Origin: Spirochaetota bacterium
GTDB taxonomy: Bacteria > Spirochaetota > UBA4802 > UBA5550
NCBI GenBank assembly: GCA_963663865.1
Contig: OY760686.1
Coordinates: 864,001 to 928,000, forward strand
Length of the DNA stretch: 64,000 nucleotides
Direction of reading: 5' to 3'
Below are positions 31,296-41,221 of the stretch, piece by piece (the stretch's first letter is position 1; the number at the start of each line of letters is the position of its first letter). The notes under the pieces are model-generated. The model saw nothing but the letters and a program-made list of their open reading frames with translations, was not told the DNA's origin and did no database searches. The translations under genes and the position numbers were made by a program.

Positions 31296-32114
31296 ATGAA
31301 AAATAAATCGATTTATTTGCTAATGGCGGTCCTTTTGATTGCTGTCCTTGTGGCCGCTAACGGGGGAGTCCTCTATCTTAAGAGGACAGTTTTACCTGAT
31401 TACGAAAAAAAGAATAGCGAGGCTGTTAGTCGTCTTCTTGCTGTACCGATAATGCTGTATCACAATCTTGACGGAAGGGGCGAATTCTCAATTTCAAGTA
31501 ATGAGCTGAGAAGGCATTTTGATCTGATAACCGCATCAAATGTGCGTGTCGTTTCGTTAAAGACGCTTGTTAAGCATCTTGAACAGGGCAGGCCTTTCCC
31601 ATTTAAGGCAATAGTAATAACATTTGATGACGGTTACCGCTCAATGCACGATAAGCTTTTGCCAATTGTCAGGGAGTATGGCTTTCCGGTCACTCTTTTT
31701 GTGTATACGGATTTTATTCTTGAGCGGGGCTCAAGTCAATTAACCTGGGACAATTTAAGTGTCATGGATAGATCCCTTATTGATATTCAATCTCATTCAA
31801 TAAGCCACTCAGATTTAACCAATATCAAAGGTGGAACAGCGTTAAACGGGGCTGCCCTATTCAGGGAGCTGTATCTATCGAAAAGGATTATTGAGCAGCG
31901 GTTACATAAGCGCGTTGATTTTTTTGCTTTCCCATACGGATATTATAGCAGCGAAGTAATTGCTAATGCCAGAAAGGCCGGCTACTCCAGGGTGTTCTCT
32001 ACCGATTACGGTACAAATCTTGTGGTCAGCGATAACTACTGTCTCAGGCGTCATCATATAAAAAAAACATATACAATCGAATATATAAACAAAATCATTA
32101 ATGATGTATTGTAA
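31296..32114 (+). CDS. polysaccharide deacetylase (NodB/CE4)
   Basis: IMLYH, TFDDGY, SHSISH, FAFPYG; N-terminal membrane anchor. Confidence 0.92.
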   Translation: MKNKSIYLLMAVLLIAVLVAANGGVLYLKRTVLPDYEKKNSEAVSRLLAVPIMLYHNLDGRGEFSISSNELRRHFDLITASNVRVVSLKTLVKHLEQGRPFPFKAIVITFDDGYRSMHDKLLPIVREYGFPVTLFVYTDFILERGSSQLTWDNLSVMDRSLIDIQSHSISHSDLTNIKGGTALNGAALFRELYLSKRIIEQRLHKRVDFFAFPYGYYSSEVIANARKAGYSRVFSTDYGTNLVVSDNYCLRRHHIKKTYTIEYINKIINDVL

Positions 32115-32221
32115 AATATAGCTTGACAATGAGAATATTTGTTTACATATAACAATATTCGGTCAAACGCTTTATCAATCCTGGCCGTTAATACTATATC
32201 TACTTTCACTTTTAGGAATAA

Positions 32222-32908
32222 ATGAAGAAAATATTAGCAGTAGCGGTTATTTGCATGTTTTCGGCGCCCCTTCTTTCTGAAAATTCTGTCAGGATAGATT
32301 GTTCGGAGATTCAACGATTCAGGGGAAAGGCTGGAATCTGGGTGGATTTGAAGAGCAAATGGCATTTGAATTCCCTTCTGAAAAAGTTTGGTTCTTCTCC
32401 AGATGAAGTTCACTATCTTAAGGAAAATGCGAATCGAGATCGCGGGTATGCATTTATACCGTATTCGACAGAATATTTAACTGAGCTTGTTGAAAGCGAC
32501 AAATCACAGGAGATAGTTGAATCCGGTGAGTTGGAGTTTATCTGGCCAATCAGGGCCGTCGACCGTATTAGCTCGCATTTCGGGCTCAGAGGCGGGCGTC
32601 TTCATACAGGGGTTGATCTGCCGGCTCCAAGAGGTGTACCGATTGTTGCCGCAATGGACGGACGAGTTGTTCAAAGCTGCTACATCGGGGGACACGGGAA
32701 AACGCTTCTCATTGAGCATCGGGGGAATTATTACACGCGTTATTCTCACAACTCGGTGATGTTTGTAGGTGAAGGCGAGCTTGTCAGAAAAGGTCAGGTC
32801 ATCGCCCTGGTCGGAAGTACAGGAAATTCAACAGGTAACCATCTTCACTTCGAAATAAGATATAATGATATCCCCCTCAATCCGGTAGATTTTCTACCTG
32901 AGAAGTAA
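32222..32908 (+). CDS. M23 family peptidoglycan endopeptidase
   Basis: HTGVD, YSH, STGNHLHFEIR; signal peptide. Confidence 0.93.
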   Translation: MKKILAVAVICMFSAPLLSENSVRIDCSEIQRFRGKAGIWVDLKSKWHLNSLLKKFGSSPDEVHYLKENANRDRGYAFIPYSTEYLTELVESDKSQEIVESGELEFIWPIRAVDRISSHFGLRGGRLHTGVDLPAPRGVPIVAAMDGRVVQSCYIGGHGKTLLIEHRGNYYTRYSHNSVMFVGEGELVRKGQVIALVGSTGNSTGNHLHFEIRYNDIPLNPVDFLPEK

Positions 32909-32964
32909 CGAAAAATAGTGTGCATTTAAATAATATATTCTGTTCGTTCGATCTGCAGGATGGA

Positions 32965-33006
32965 TATTAAAAAAACCGACATATAAACATGTCGGTTTTT
33001 TTAATA
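32965..33006. terminator. bidirectional intrinsic terminator
   Basis: Perfect 18-bp inverted repeat tattaaaaaaaccgacat-N6-atgtcggtttttttaata between convergent genes. Confidence 0.9.
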
Positions 33007-33029
33007 ATTACGTTTTAATTAAAGGAAAT

Positions 33030-33911
33030 CTAATTTGAATTCCCCCTCGTTCTGTATATATCTTGAATCATGTCGCTGATATCGTCCTTCTTGGGGAATG
33101 TTTTTTTAATGTTTTCACTCTCTTCCGGCGTCCCATAATAGGCCTCATGCGCCAGTTTTCCAATAAGTCCTTCAATGTCCTTCTGTTTGTTGTTGTAAAT
33201 AAAAATTATGTTCGGGCCTGATTTGTAACCCCAGTGAAATCCGTCTGGAATGGTAACAGTGAAGGTCTCCGTTATTCCGTCTCCGTCGGCATCTTCGGCG
33301 GAATATATCTTTTCATCGATGGTTTTACCTGTCACTGTTGTGCTGTACTTGGTTGGGCCTGTATCATATAGCCTCTTCGGAAGGGGCTTCCTTTCTACAA
33401 ACAGCCCTGAATCCCTGCGATCAATCATGAGGGATTTGAATATATCCACATGTTTCTTAATGAAACTGGATCTTATTTCTGTGTAAAAAGTCCCAAAGTT
33501 TTGATCTACAAACTCCTGGCTGACATTCCTCATGAGTTCGACACGCCTGTCAGTAATTTGCACGTAGTCGGGTTTCGAGTCGATCTTGTTGACCCATAGG
33601 TCAGAGATAAGCCTGTTTTCCATTTCGATAATGAGCCGCTGTGTCTTTATCTCTTCAGTGTTGTCATATCCATCCTTGAAGAGATACATTTTTCTGTCCT
33701 TTATGATAAGCAGGCAGGATAGCGAATTATCATAAGCGTATGAGATGTCCTTTTCAATATGCTGATACACCAGTCGGTCTTCAGAATACCTTGAAATACT
33801 TTCGATGTCAAGTACCCTGAAAGGTATATCGCTGGATTCAACTCTTTCGAACTGAAATAATACCACGGCAGCAAGTGCAAGAACTAGCGACATGCTGTGT
33901 TTTCGAACCAT
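33030..33911 (-). CDS. exported hypothetical protein with DxDxDG loop
   Basis: Signal peptide, GGGAGG SD, EDADGDGITETF. Confidence 0.7.
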   Translation of the reverse strand: MVRKHSMSLVLALAAVVLFQFERVESSDIPFRVLDIESISRYSEDRLVYQHIEKDISYAYDNSLSCLLIIKDRKMYLFKDGYDNTEEIKTQRLIIEMENRLISDLWVNKIDSKPDYVQITDRRVELMRNVSQEFVDQNFGTFYTEIRSSFIKKHVDIFKSLMIDRRDSGLFVERKPLPKRLYDTGPTKYSTTVTGKTIDEKIYSAEDADGDGITETFTVTIPDGFHWGYKSGPNIIFIYNNKQKDIEGLIGKLAHEAYYGTPEESENIKKTFPKKDDISDMIQDIYRTRGNSN

Positions 33912-34021
33912 TTTATTCCTCCCTGATGCAGCTCTTGAAATCCGTTTATGGGTGCGAGGCGTGCAAAAGCCCGCCTATTCACTGTAATACTCGCATATAA
34001 ATAGACATTTTGTCAAATGTT

Positions 34022-35293
34022 TTATTCGGGTTCGATCCATTTTGAAGGATCATCCTTCCTTCTTTGTTTTTTCCATCGGGCCTTATCGGTTTTTGTCCAG
34101 CTTTCAACAACATGGTGGGCGATGTCGGATTCAATGCTGCGGCTGATTTTTTTGCGAACAGGTTTAGCTTTCTGGTGTTTGAGCTTTGATGTGAGTTCGC
34201 TTTGTGCTTTGGCAGTAAGCTTGCTCTCGCTGTGAATAAACTCTGAAATTGTAAAGGGAAGTTTTGCTGATTGAGCAATTGAATCCGCCGCGGCTGAAAC
34301 TGTTTTTTTGTTAACCAGCTTTTCCAGAAAATTCTCAGGAATGGGGGATGGGCATTTAAGAGCGGTCAGGTATGCTGCGGTTATTGATGCCGCTGCTGAT
34401 GAGGAGCCCCCCTGGGCCGCCGCATTTACAACTGTCTGACCTGCTGTGCCTTCCGGCATGCGGGTTCCCATTGACGTTAGAAACAGTGAAAGCGGTATCA
34501 AAGTCAGAGGATGGTTTATTGAAGGCCTTTTTACTGGTGTTTTTAAATGTAGATTCGCGGTTTTACAGATTATATCTTCAGCTTCCTTTAAAGTCACTGC
34601 CTGTAAGGAGTTCTTAATGATTGTCTGGTAAATCATAAGTATTTTTTCAAGTTGATCCGGATTTAGACCTTCATTAAAAACAATATGTGGTGATGTTTTT
34701 ATGAAATCAGCGAAATATGATGTCATGGCCATAGATGCTTCGGAAATGCTTAAGATCCCGTGTTCTGTATTGTTGATGAGTGATGATACTGTCAGGACAT
34801 GGAGTCCTGCACCGGCAATGGTGTAAAGGTCTTCAGTGTAATGGCGCGCGAAGCTTATTGCGCTCATCAGGACTTCCTTCAAGTCGGGGCTGTTTCCAGC
34901 CAGAGGCGTCAGAAGCGCGCATACCCTTGCGGAAGGCTGAGTTGAAGGAGCATCCCCGCCTGAAGCGGCAAAGCTTCTTTCAGTGGGATCAGTGTTTCTG
35001 AGAAATTCCGGGCTGCTTTCCGGTGATGAAAAAAGCTGTTTGAGTGCATGAAGCTGTATCCGCCCCCGTGTTGAACTTAGTATTAGAAGAAGCGCAGTCT
35101 GTGTGATTGAGGTGTAAAGTCCAGGCTTGCGCCATCGGCTGAAATCACGAGTGAGCAGTTTCGAAGGATCCGGGTAATCTGTAAAATCCTTGATATTGGC
35201 TTCAATGTGGGCCCTGGTAAACCCTTCAAAGCTTGAACCAAGTGCGTCGGCTGCTGCCATGGAGAGAATAATTTCAGACAGATTTGAGTTCAT
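34022..35293 (-). CDS. ADP-ribosylglycohydrolase-fold protein, degenerate active site
   Basis: ADALG..FE N-terminal motif, PGLYT at the TDD position, GG at the GGDTDT position, IPENF near C-terminus. Confidence 0.75.
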   Translation of the reverse strand: MNSNLSEIILSMAAADALGSSFEGFTRAHIEANIKDFTDYPDPSKLLTRDFSRWRKPGLYTSITQTALLLILSSTRGRIQLHALKQLFSSPESSPEFLRNTDPTERSFAASGGDAPSTQPSARVCALLTPLAGNSPDLKEVLMSAISFARHYTEDLYTIAGAGLHVLTVSSLINNTEHGILSISEASMAMTSYFADFIKTSPHIVFNEGLNPDQLEKILMIYQTIIKNSLQAVTLKEAEDIICKTANLHLKTPVKRPSINHPLTLIPLSLFLTSMGTRMPEGTAGQTVVNAAAQGGSSSAAASITAAYLTALKCPSPIPENFLEKLVNKKTVSAAADSIAQSAKLPFTISEFIHSESKLTAKAQSELTSKLKHQKAKPVRKKISRSIESDIAHHVVESWTKTDKARWKKQRRKDDPSKWIEPE

Positions 35294-35506
35294 GTAACCT
35301 CTAAGCTATGAAGCATTGGGTAGTAATAAAATTCAAGCAACGATATTGCTTGAATTACTCGCAGTGATGAAAAAATCAACTCAATTATAAACTCTCAGTC
35401 GGAATAAGGGTGTAATATCTCAAAAAATCAAAAAAAAGAAGAAAAGAATTGAATCTTAATAAGCTAACTGATTATTATTTAGTAAGATATTTTTCTGGAG
35501 ACAGAT

Positions 35507-36595
35507 ATGAAAAAAACAGCAGTTACCTGTGTATTGATGATTATGCTTCCAATATCCGGCTGCAGACAGCAAAAGTCTGACGATTATGCCTTGATTTCTT
35601 TCCTGATGGGGGAGGTGACGGTTAACGGACAGCCTGCCGAAATTGGCGGGATTCTCAAGCAGTCAGACCGTATTCATACCGGGGATAAGTCGTTTTGCGA
35701 TATTTCGATAGGAGAATCTATAATTCGAATTCAGCAGAATTCAGATACAGTGCTTGAGTCTATTTTCAAAGACTCTATGAGGGAAGATACAATTCTCAGT
35801 GTAACCACAGGGAAGGTGCTGTGCCGTCCAAAGAAATTGTTAAAGGCAGACAGATTTGTGGTTAAGACACCTACGGCTATTGCGGGAGTAAGAGGCACTG
35901 ATTTTTCAGTTGAGCTTGATAAAAAAATGACCACAAGGGTGACGGTATACAGCGGAGAAGTTAAGCTGGCGAAAAGGGTCAGGCAGTTTGAAAGGAGTCT
36001 CGACAGAGTTATAGATGTTTCAAGGCCTATATCAAAAGAACAGAAGGCCGTTATAACAGCTGATGACGTTAAAAAAGCTGAAACTGAAATAGACGTTCTT
36101 GTCAAAAAGGAGATAAGCGAAATATCAGACGCAAACCTGGCGGGCATCATCGGTGAATCGGCAAATACTATTTCAGTCAGCGACAAAAAGATCAACAGAT
36201 TTACAGTTGAGGATTTTGGACGCGAGAAAATTGAAATAGAAGAGGTCCGTAAAAAGCCTGCCGCCGTTGTAAGGCACATTGTTAAAATGATAGAACAGGA
36301 AAAGGAGAAGCCCCAGCCCGAAGGCAGAATTCTTGTAACAAAATACGATATATATTTCATAAAGGACGGGCGTGTCGCAGCAGAAGCCAAACCGCTGTCT
36401 GAACCGGTGCGCAGCGGCGAGCGGCTATATACTGCCGGTGACGGAAAGCTCTACTGTTTCGACGAAAAGGGAATTGTCTACTGGAGCAAGAGTGTACCCG
36501 GGATTAGGGGGCTCAATGCCGATCAGACCGGGATCAGAGTCGAAACTGACAGAGAAGAAATTCGATACGAGGCTGAAACAGGAGAAAAACTTTAA
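35507..36595 (+). CDS. FecR-domain lipoprotein (LipL45-like)
   Basis: Lipobox ISG-C; D.I.TG..S, VKTPTAIAGVRGTDF, V.VYSGEV; short PQQ-like beta repeat at C-terminus. Confidence 0.8.
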   Translation: MKKTAVTCVLMIMLPISGCRQQKSDDYALISFLMGEVTVNGQPAEIGGILKQSDRIHTGDKSFCDISIGESIIRIQQNSDTVLESIFKDSMREDTILSVTTGKVLCRPKKLLKADRFVVKTPTAIAGVRGTDFSVELDKKMTTRVTVYSGEVKLAKRVRQFERSLDRVIDVSRPISKEQKAVITADDVKKAETEIDVLVKKEISEISDANLAGIIGESANTISVSDKKINRFTVEDFGREKIEIEEVRKKPAAVVRHIVKMIEQEKEKPQPEGRILVTKYDIYFIKDGRVAAEAKPLSEPVRSGERLYTAGDGKLYCFDEKGIVYWSKSVPGIRGLNADQTGIRVETDREEIRYEAETGEKL

Positions 36596-36730
36596 GATAG
36601 AGCTGGCAGAACGCCCGGTGTTAATGGCCTGAGGCCTGCTCGTTAATTTTAAAGGTGTATAATAATTAATTCTTGTAGAGGTGAAGGTATTTATTTTACT
36701 GGATATCCAGATTAAATAAGGAGAATCAGG

Positions 36731-37471
36731 ATGAAAAATATAAATCGCTTATTAGTCTCTCTATGCTTATTCTCTGTTCTTTCAGCCGGCTATGTCCTGG
36801 CGGATGCTCCAGGCGCTACTCAGGCTAATGTACTGAGGGGATACTACATTCCAAAAATACAGATCACTCCGGGTGATCTCAAAAAGATGCCGGTTCCTGC
36901 GACCAATGAGGATTATGCGTTTTATCAGAGCATAGCATCAACATCCAGTGTGGTTATAGGGCGTTTCAGTGCAGGTGAGAGGGTTATTACCCTTGTCCAG
37001 GACGCTAACGCCGATGGAACGGTTGATACATATGTTGACTACTATGTAGAAAGTGCTAAATTCAGCTATTCTTCAAGTCCCGCCAAAAAGGTAACTCCTG
37101 AAAGATTCAAAGAGATGAAGGTGCAGATAATTACCGGGGATAACAGCTCCCTTAGTCCAAACCGCGAAGGGGCTACATACATGTTGGGTCTTAAAAGCGA
37201 TATGAAGAGGATAAGGCCGTGGAGGAACGGTATAAGGATTTACCAGCTCAATCCTGATGACACGAATGATGTCATGCTTGACTTTTATGCAGCGAAGGAC
37301 ATGTACGGGGCTGATATGGTCTTTGAGGTGAAATACAGGCTTTCTGGAACTGTCAGAATAATGCCGGTTATTACCCATTCAGTCTATTGCCGAAACAGCA
37401 AGGACCCGGTCGCACTTGAGTACGCAACAAAGATGATATCTGAAACAGGTAAACAGGCTGGACTCCGCTGA
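36731..37471 (+). CDS. exported hypothetical protein
   Basis: Signal peptide ending VLA, AAGGAG SD, QDANADGTVD loop. Confidence 0.7.
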   Translation: MKNINRLLVSLCLFSVLSAGYVLADAPGATQANVLRGYYIPKIQITPGDLKKMPVPATNEDYAFYQSIASTSSVVIGRFSAGERVITLVQDANADGTVDTYVDYYVESAKFSYSSSPAKKVTPERFKEMKVQIITGDNSSLSPNREGATYMLGLKSDMKRIRPWRNGIRIYQLNPDDTNDVMLDFYAAKDMYGADMVFEVKYRLSGTVRIMPVITHSVYCRNSKDPVALEYATKMISETGKQAGLR

Positions 37472-37491
37472 TCCAGTTTCTCCGGGAGCAA

Positions 37492-38604
37492 TCATGATTT
37501 ACGGGGAGCTAATTCAATCAGAGCAAGGGTCAGCTCCGTTCCTTTGATCAGGTCATGTATCTCGATGAACTCTTCAGTAGTATGAACTTTCATCATTCCG
37601 CATGAAAAGTTAAGCGCTTTTAGGCCCCTGCTGTTGAAGATGTTTGTATCGCTTCCTCCGCCCGAAGAATCGTACTCAGGTCTTATGCCGATTGATTCTA
37701 AAGCCTGGCCCGCGATTTTTGCTATTTCATCCTCTTTGTGGATTTTATAGCCGGGGTATTCCAGGTTTTCAATTATTTCGGCTGCGGCTCCTCTTTTTCT
37801 TACCTCTCTGTCGATGGTTTTCTTTATTTTGGATATCAACCGTTTTATCTTTATTTCGCTGATTGACCTGATTTCTATTTTGCAGCTTGCCAGATTGGGA
37901 ACAATGTTAGTGGCTGTTCCCCCTGATATCAACCCAGTGTTGACGGTAGTTTCGTTGTCAATCCTGCCCTGTGGAAGCATGGCTATAGCTGATGCAAGCG
38001 CTGTAATCGAATTGACTCCGTTTTCCGGCTCCATGCCGGCATGAGCCGACTTTCCGTGGACAGTAACTGCAAGAGTTCCATGATAGGGGGCCCGGAGAAT
38101 AATCTTCCCCACCGGTCCGCCGCTGTCAAAGACAAAGGCGTATTTGGACTTTAGCAGCGACATGTCAAAGAGCTTGATCCCCTGTAGGCCAACCTCTTCC
38201 GCACAGGAAAAAAGAAGTTCGATTGGACCATGTTCGATATTCTTTTCTTTAAGCACTGTAACTGCTTCCAGAAACATCGCAATGGCAGCCTTGTCGTCGC
38301 TTCCCAGCACTGAAGTGCCGTCGGAAGTAATCCGGTTCGCACTTCTTATCGGTGTGATTTTACTGCATGGAACCACTGTGTCCATGTGCGAAGAAAAAAG
38401 AACTGTTTTTATATCAGGATTTCCGGGGATTTCAGCGTAAATGCTGAATGAATTGCCGCATTTTATCCGCCCTGGCTTAATGCCGTTTTTTTTCAGCCTT
38501 TTCTCAATGTAGGCTGCGGCTTTTTTTTCCTGCCAGGAGGGCGATGATATTGACGCTATCTCTGTAAATGTTTTAATGAGGCGTTGTGTGTTGATTTCGT
38601 ACAT
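37492..38604 (-). CDS. M20 family metallopeptidase (peptidase T-like)
   Basis: SHMDTV, GSDDKA, AEEVGL, AHAG, GGGSDTN, VHTTEE. Confidence 0.93.
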   Translation of the reverse strand: MYEINTQRLIKTFTEIASISSPSWQEKKAAAYIEKRLKKNGIKPGRIKCGNSFSIYAEIPGNPDIKTVLFSSHMDTVVPCSKITPIRSANRITSDGTSVLGSDDKAAIAMFLEAVTVLKEKNIEHGPIELLFSCAEEVGLQGIKLFDMSLLKSKYAFVFDSGGPVGKIILRAPYHGTLAVTVHGKSAHAGMEPENGVNSITALASAIAMLPQGRIDNETTVNTGLISGGTATNIVPNLASCKIEIRSISEIKIKRLISKIKKTIDREVRKRGAAAEIIENLEYPGYKIHKEDEIAKIAGQALESIGIRPEYDSSGGGSDTNIFNSRGLKALNFSCGMMKVHTTEEFIEIHDLIKGTELTLALIELAPRKS

Positions 38605-38615
38605 GGCTATGCACC

Positions 38616-39137
38616 TCAGAATGAATATATTATCTTTCCGGCGATATTGTCATCGCTGACAGGGCCAATTTCTCTGCTATCGTAGCTTGCGTTTCTGTTG
38701 TCTCCGACTATAAAATACTGTCTGCTTTCGAGTTTTACCACTGGCAAGTTGTCTCTTCCCGAAATGCTCATTGGGATCGGGGTATTCGTATCAGTGCTGT
38801 CTGATGAGGTGTAGGACGATGGTTTTCCATTGTTAAGGATTACGCCGTCTCTGATTTCTACAGTGTCACCCGGGGTACCAATAATCCTCCCAAACAGGAC
38901 ATGTCCCGGCTGAAGGGGGTTCTCGAACATGACTGCTTCCCCCCTGGCGGGAGTAATGTGTTTCAATACAATCACGGATGAGCCCTTTTTAAGGCCGGGA
39001 TGCATTGAACTGTTGTGTAGAACCGCGGGAGTAATGAAGATTCTGGAGATAATTATACCTGCTATGATACCGGCAGCCAGAACAACAAAACGCGCTAAAG
39101 GATAGGCCGCTTCATTATTTTTCTTTCTATTTTTCAT
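38616..39137 (-). CDS. signal peptidase I family (S26) protein lacking catalytic Lys
   Basis: TM then SSMHP (box B), LFGRIIGTPGD (box D), GDNRNASYDSR (box E). Confidence 0.85.
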   Translation of the reverse strand: MKNRKKNNEAAYPLARFVVLAAGIIAGIIISRIFITPAVLHNSSMHPGLKKGSSVIVLKHITPARGEAVMFENPLQPGHVLFGRIIGTPGDTVEIRDGVILNNGKPSSYTSSDSTDTNTPIPMSISGRDNLPVVKLESRQYFIVGDNRNASYDSREIGPVSDDNIAGKIIYSF

Positions 39138-40023
39138 GTTTTACCTGATATGGTGTCTGTGTTCCGCTGAGATTTAAAGCCTGCATTATTTTGATTACTG
39201 GACCGGATTTGTTAAGAGTGTATAGATGAAGTCCGGGCACTCCCCAGTTCATAAGCTCTCTGCATTGATTGATCGAAAACTCAAGTCCGTCAGTACAGAA
39301 TGATTTATCTTCACCGCAGGAAACAAGTATTTTCGATAATGCGGCCGGCACTGCGGAGTTGCTGAGGCTGACTGATTTTCTTACCTGCTGAGCGCTTGTT
39401 ACGGGCATTATCCCCGGGATTATTGGCACATGAACTCCGGCTTTAACCGCGGCGTCCATGAAATCATAGAACCTGTTGTTGTCATAGAAGAGCTGGGTAA
39501 TCAGTATTTTTGCGCCGGAATCAACTTTTCTTTTAAGGTTTTCGATGTCTGATGTCAGGCTTGAAGCCTCTATGTGGCCCTCAGGATAGGCTGCGGCGGC
39601 GATAGTAAAATCATCGATAGATCTGATGTACCGGATGAGCTCGTCCGCGTGCGAAAAGCCGTTCGGATGCGTTGTAAACGAGGTTTCGCCTTTCGGCGGG
39701 TCACCGCGGAGCGCAAGAATACTTGAGATTCCGGCGATCCTGACCTTGTTGATGTAATCGTATATCTCATCCTTTCCGGTGCCAACGCATGTAAAATGCA
39801 GCAGCGGTTGAATTTTGTAGGTGTCCCGGATTCTGAGGGCAATATCTACAGTCTTGTCTCTTGTGGAACCTCCAGCTCCGTAGGTAACAGAAACGAAGTC
39901 AGGTTTGTATTCGGCAAGTAGTTTTATTTCATTCCAGAGGTTCTTTTCGCCTTCGGGTGTCCGCGGAGGGAATATCTCAAAGGAAATTACAAACTTGGTT
40001 TCATAGAGGCTGTCGATTCGCAT
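39127..40023 (-). CDS. metF: 5,10-methylenetetrahydrofolate reductase
   Basis: SFEIFPP, SVTYGAGG, HFTC, LALRGD, ITQLF, PGIMP, HLYTLN. Confidence 0.97.
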   Translation of the reverse strand: MRIDSLYETKFVISFEIFPPRTPEGEKNLWNEIKLLAEYKPDFVSVTYGAGGSTRDKTVDIALRIRDTYKIQPLLHFTCVGTGKDEIYDYINKVRIAGISSILALRGDPPKGETSFTTHPNGFSHADELIRYIRSIDDFTIAAAAYPEGHIEASSLTSDIENLKRKVDSGAKILITQLFYDNNRFYDFMDAAVKAGVHVPIIPGIMPVTSAQQVRKSVSLSNSAVPAALSKILVSCGEDKSFCTDGLEFSINQCRELMNWGVPGLHLYTLNKSGPVIKIMQALNLSGTQTPYQVKHEK

Positions 40024-40229
40024 TGTCTCTCCATTAGATGTTTTTGTCCTAGCCGTTTCCTCTGAGCAGCCGGGGCCGGGTGGATTTTAAAAGGTCACCT
40101 ATCCCCCGTTACGGGATATTTTGCAAATAGATTTTTCATATCAGTCGTCGCCTTTGCATAAGTTCCGCTTCCCGGAATGAAAAATGCACAAAACTACGTC
40201 TACATGCAATTACATGCTGTATTAATTTC

Positions 40230-40316
40230 TTGACATCAGGGTGTACATATTATAATAATAAAAATAAGAAAGGCCGGCGTTTTAGTACTAAATTTTACTT
40301 TCCGCCGATCCGACAA
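40230..40316 (+). promoter_or_regulatory. candidate promoters of flaA operon
   Basis: TTGACA (40230)-N15-TATAAT (short spacer) and sigma28-like TAAA (40289)-N16-TCCGACAA. Confidence 0.45.
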
Positions 40317-40410
40317 TGTACTACAGTTGGAATTGGGTGCAGGTTTTTCTTTTCTTGCGCACACGGACGATTCGAGAGGGGAAAATCATATTTTTTTAAG
40401 GAGTTATCTA

Positions 40411-41184
40411 ATGGAAAGGATGGCGAAAGCAGCTTCATTATCGATTCTCTTGGGATTAGCGGTCCTCTTTGTCGGTAATGGCGGCGTTCTTTTAAATGCC
40501 CAACAGGCAGACCCGGCGGCAGGAACCCAGCAGCAGGAGAAGAAAAAGCAGGATGGCCTTGTAGTTGACTGGCTCGATGATTTTGAAGCCTGTGAAGACT
40601 GGAGGGCGGATTCGACTTCTCCTCTCGGTGATACCAAAATCAGGAAGATTCCCGGAAAGCCCAGGCCTGTAAATCAGGAAGGTGAGGCCGTTAACGAAGA
40701 TGGACAGACTGGAGAATTCAAGGATGAAATCACCGACGAAAACGGCATAGCCAGGAAGAATCAGTATGTACTTGGAGTTAAGACATATTTTATAGACAGA
40801 GGCTTTGACAGGGTGGAAGTTTTCCCGCCTAATGAATATATAATTCGAGGCAAAGCCCGTGAAATAAAGGTGTGGGCCCTTGGGCGGAAGTTCAGACACA
40901 CCCTTTTTGTCAAACTTAGGGATTACCGGGGACGCATCCACAAACTCAAAGTGGGCAAGCTTGATTTCTGGGGATGGAAAGAGCTTTCAGTGATCGTGCC
41001 TGGATGGCTGCCTCAGTCGGCAAGTTACGCGATACTTGACAAGAATCTTCACTTTGTTTCCTTTTACGTTGAAAGTGACAGGTTTGAGGTTCCGGGTACA
41101 TTCTACTTTTATCTGGACCAGTTTAGAGTCGTTACAGACCTGTCTGAGTTTACCGGAGACGAGTCTATTAAGGATACATGGTAA
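40411..41184 (+). CDS. flaA: flagellar filament outer layer (sheath) protein FlaA, FlaA2-like
   Basis: LDDFE, VLGVK, VWALGRKFRHTL.VKLRDY.G, LDFWGWK.L, FYFYLD; signal peptide; AAGGAG SD before ATG 40411. Confidence 0.93.
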   Translation: MERMAKAASLSILLGLAVLFVGNGGVLLNAQQADPAAGTQQQEKKKQDGLVVDWLDDFEACEDWRADSTSPLGDTKIRKIPGKPRPVNQEGEAVNEDGQTGEFKDEITDENGIARKNQYVLGVKTYFIDRGFDRVEVFPPNEYIIRGKAREIKVWALGRKFRHTLFVKLRDYRGRIHKLKVGKLDFWGWKELSVIVPGWLPQSASYAILDKNLHFVSFYVESDRFEVPGTFYFYLDQFRVVTDLSEFTGDESIKDTW

Positions 41185-41221
41185 GATCTGATTCAATGAC
41201 GATTAAGAAGGGAGGCTTTTA

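Noticed and set aside
33030-33911. Possible flagellar coiling protein FcpA/FcpB
   Set aside because: No resemblance to the sequences as I recall them; left as hypothetical
40024-40200. Possible SAM/SAH riboswitch upstream of metF
   Set aside because: GC-rich stems exist but I could not match SAM-I, SAM-II or SAH core motifs; an Rfam scan would be needed
40230-40478. 82-aa ORF and the extended 40327 start for flaA
   Set aside because: Covers the promoter/leader; the SD and signal peptide support ATG 40411
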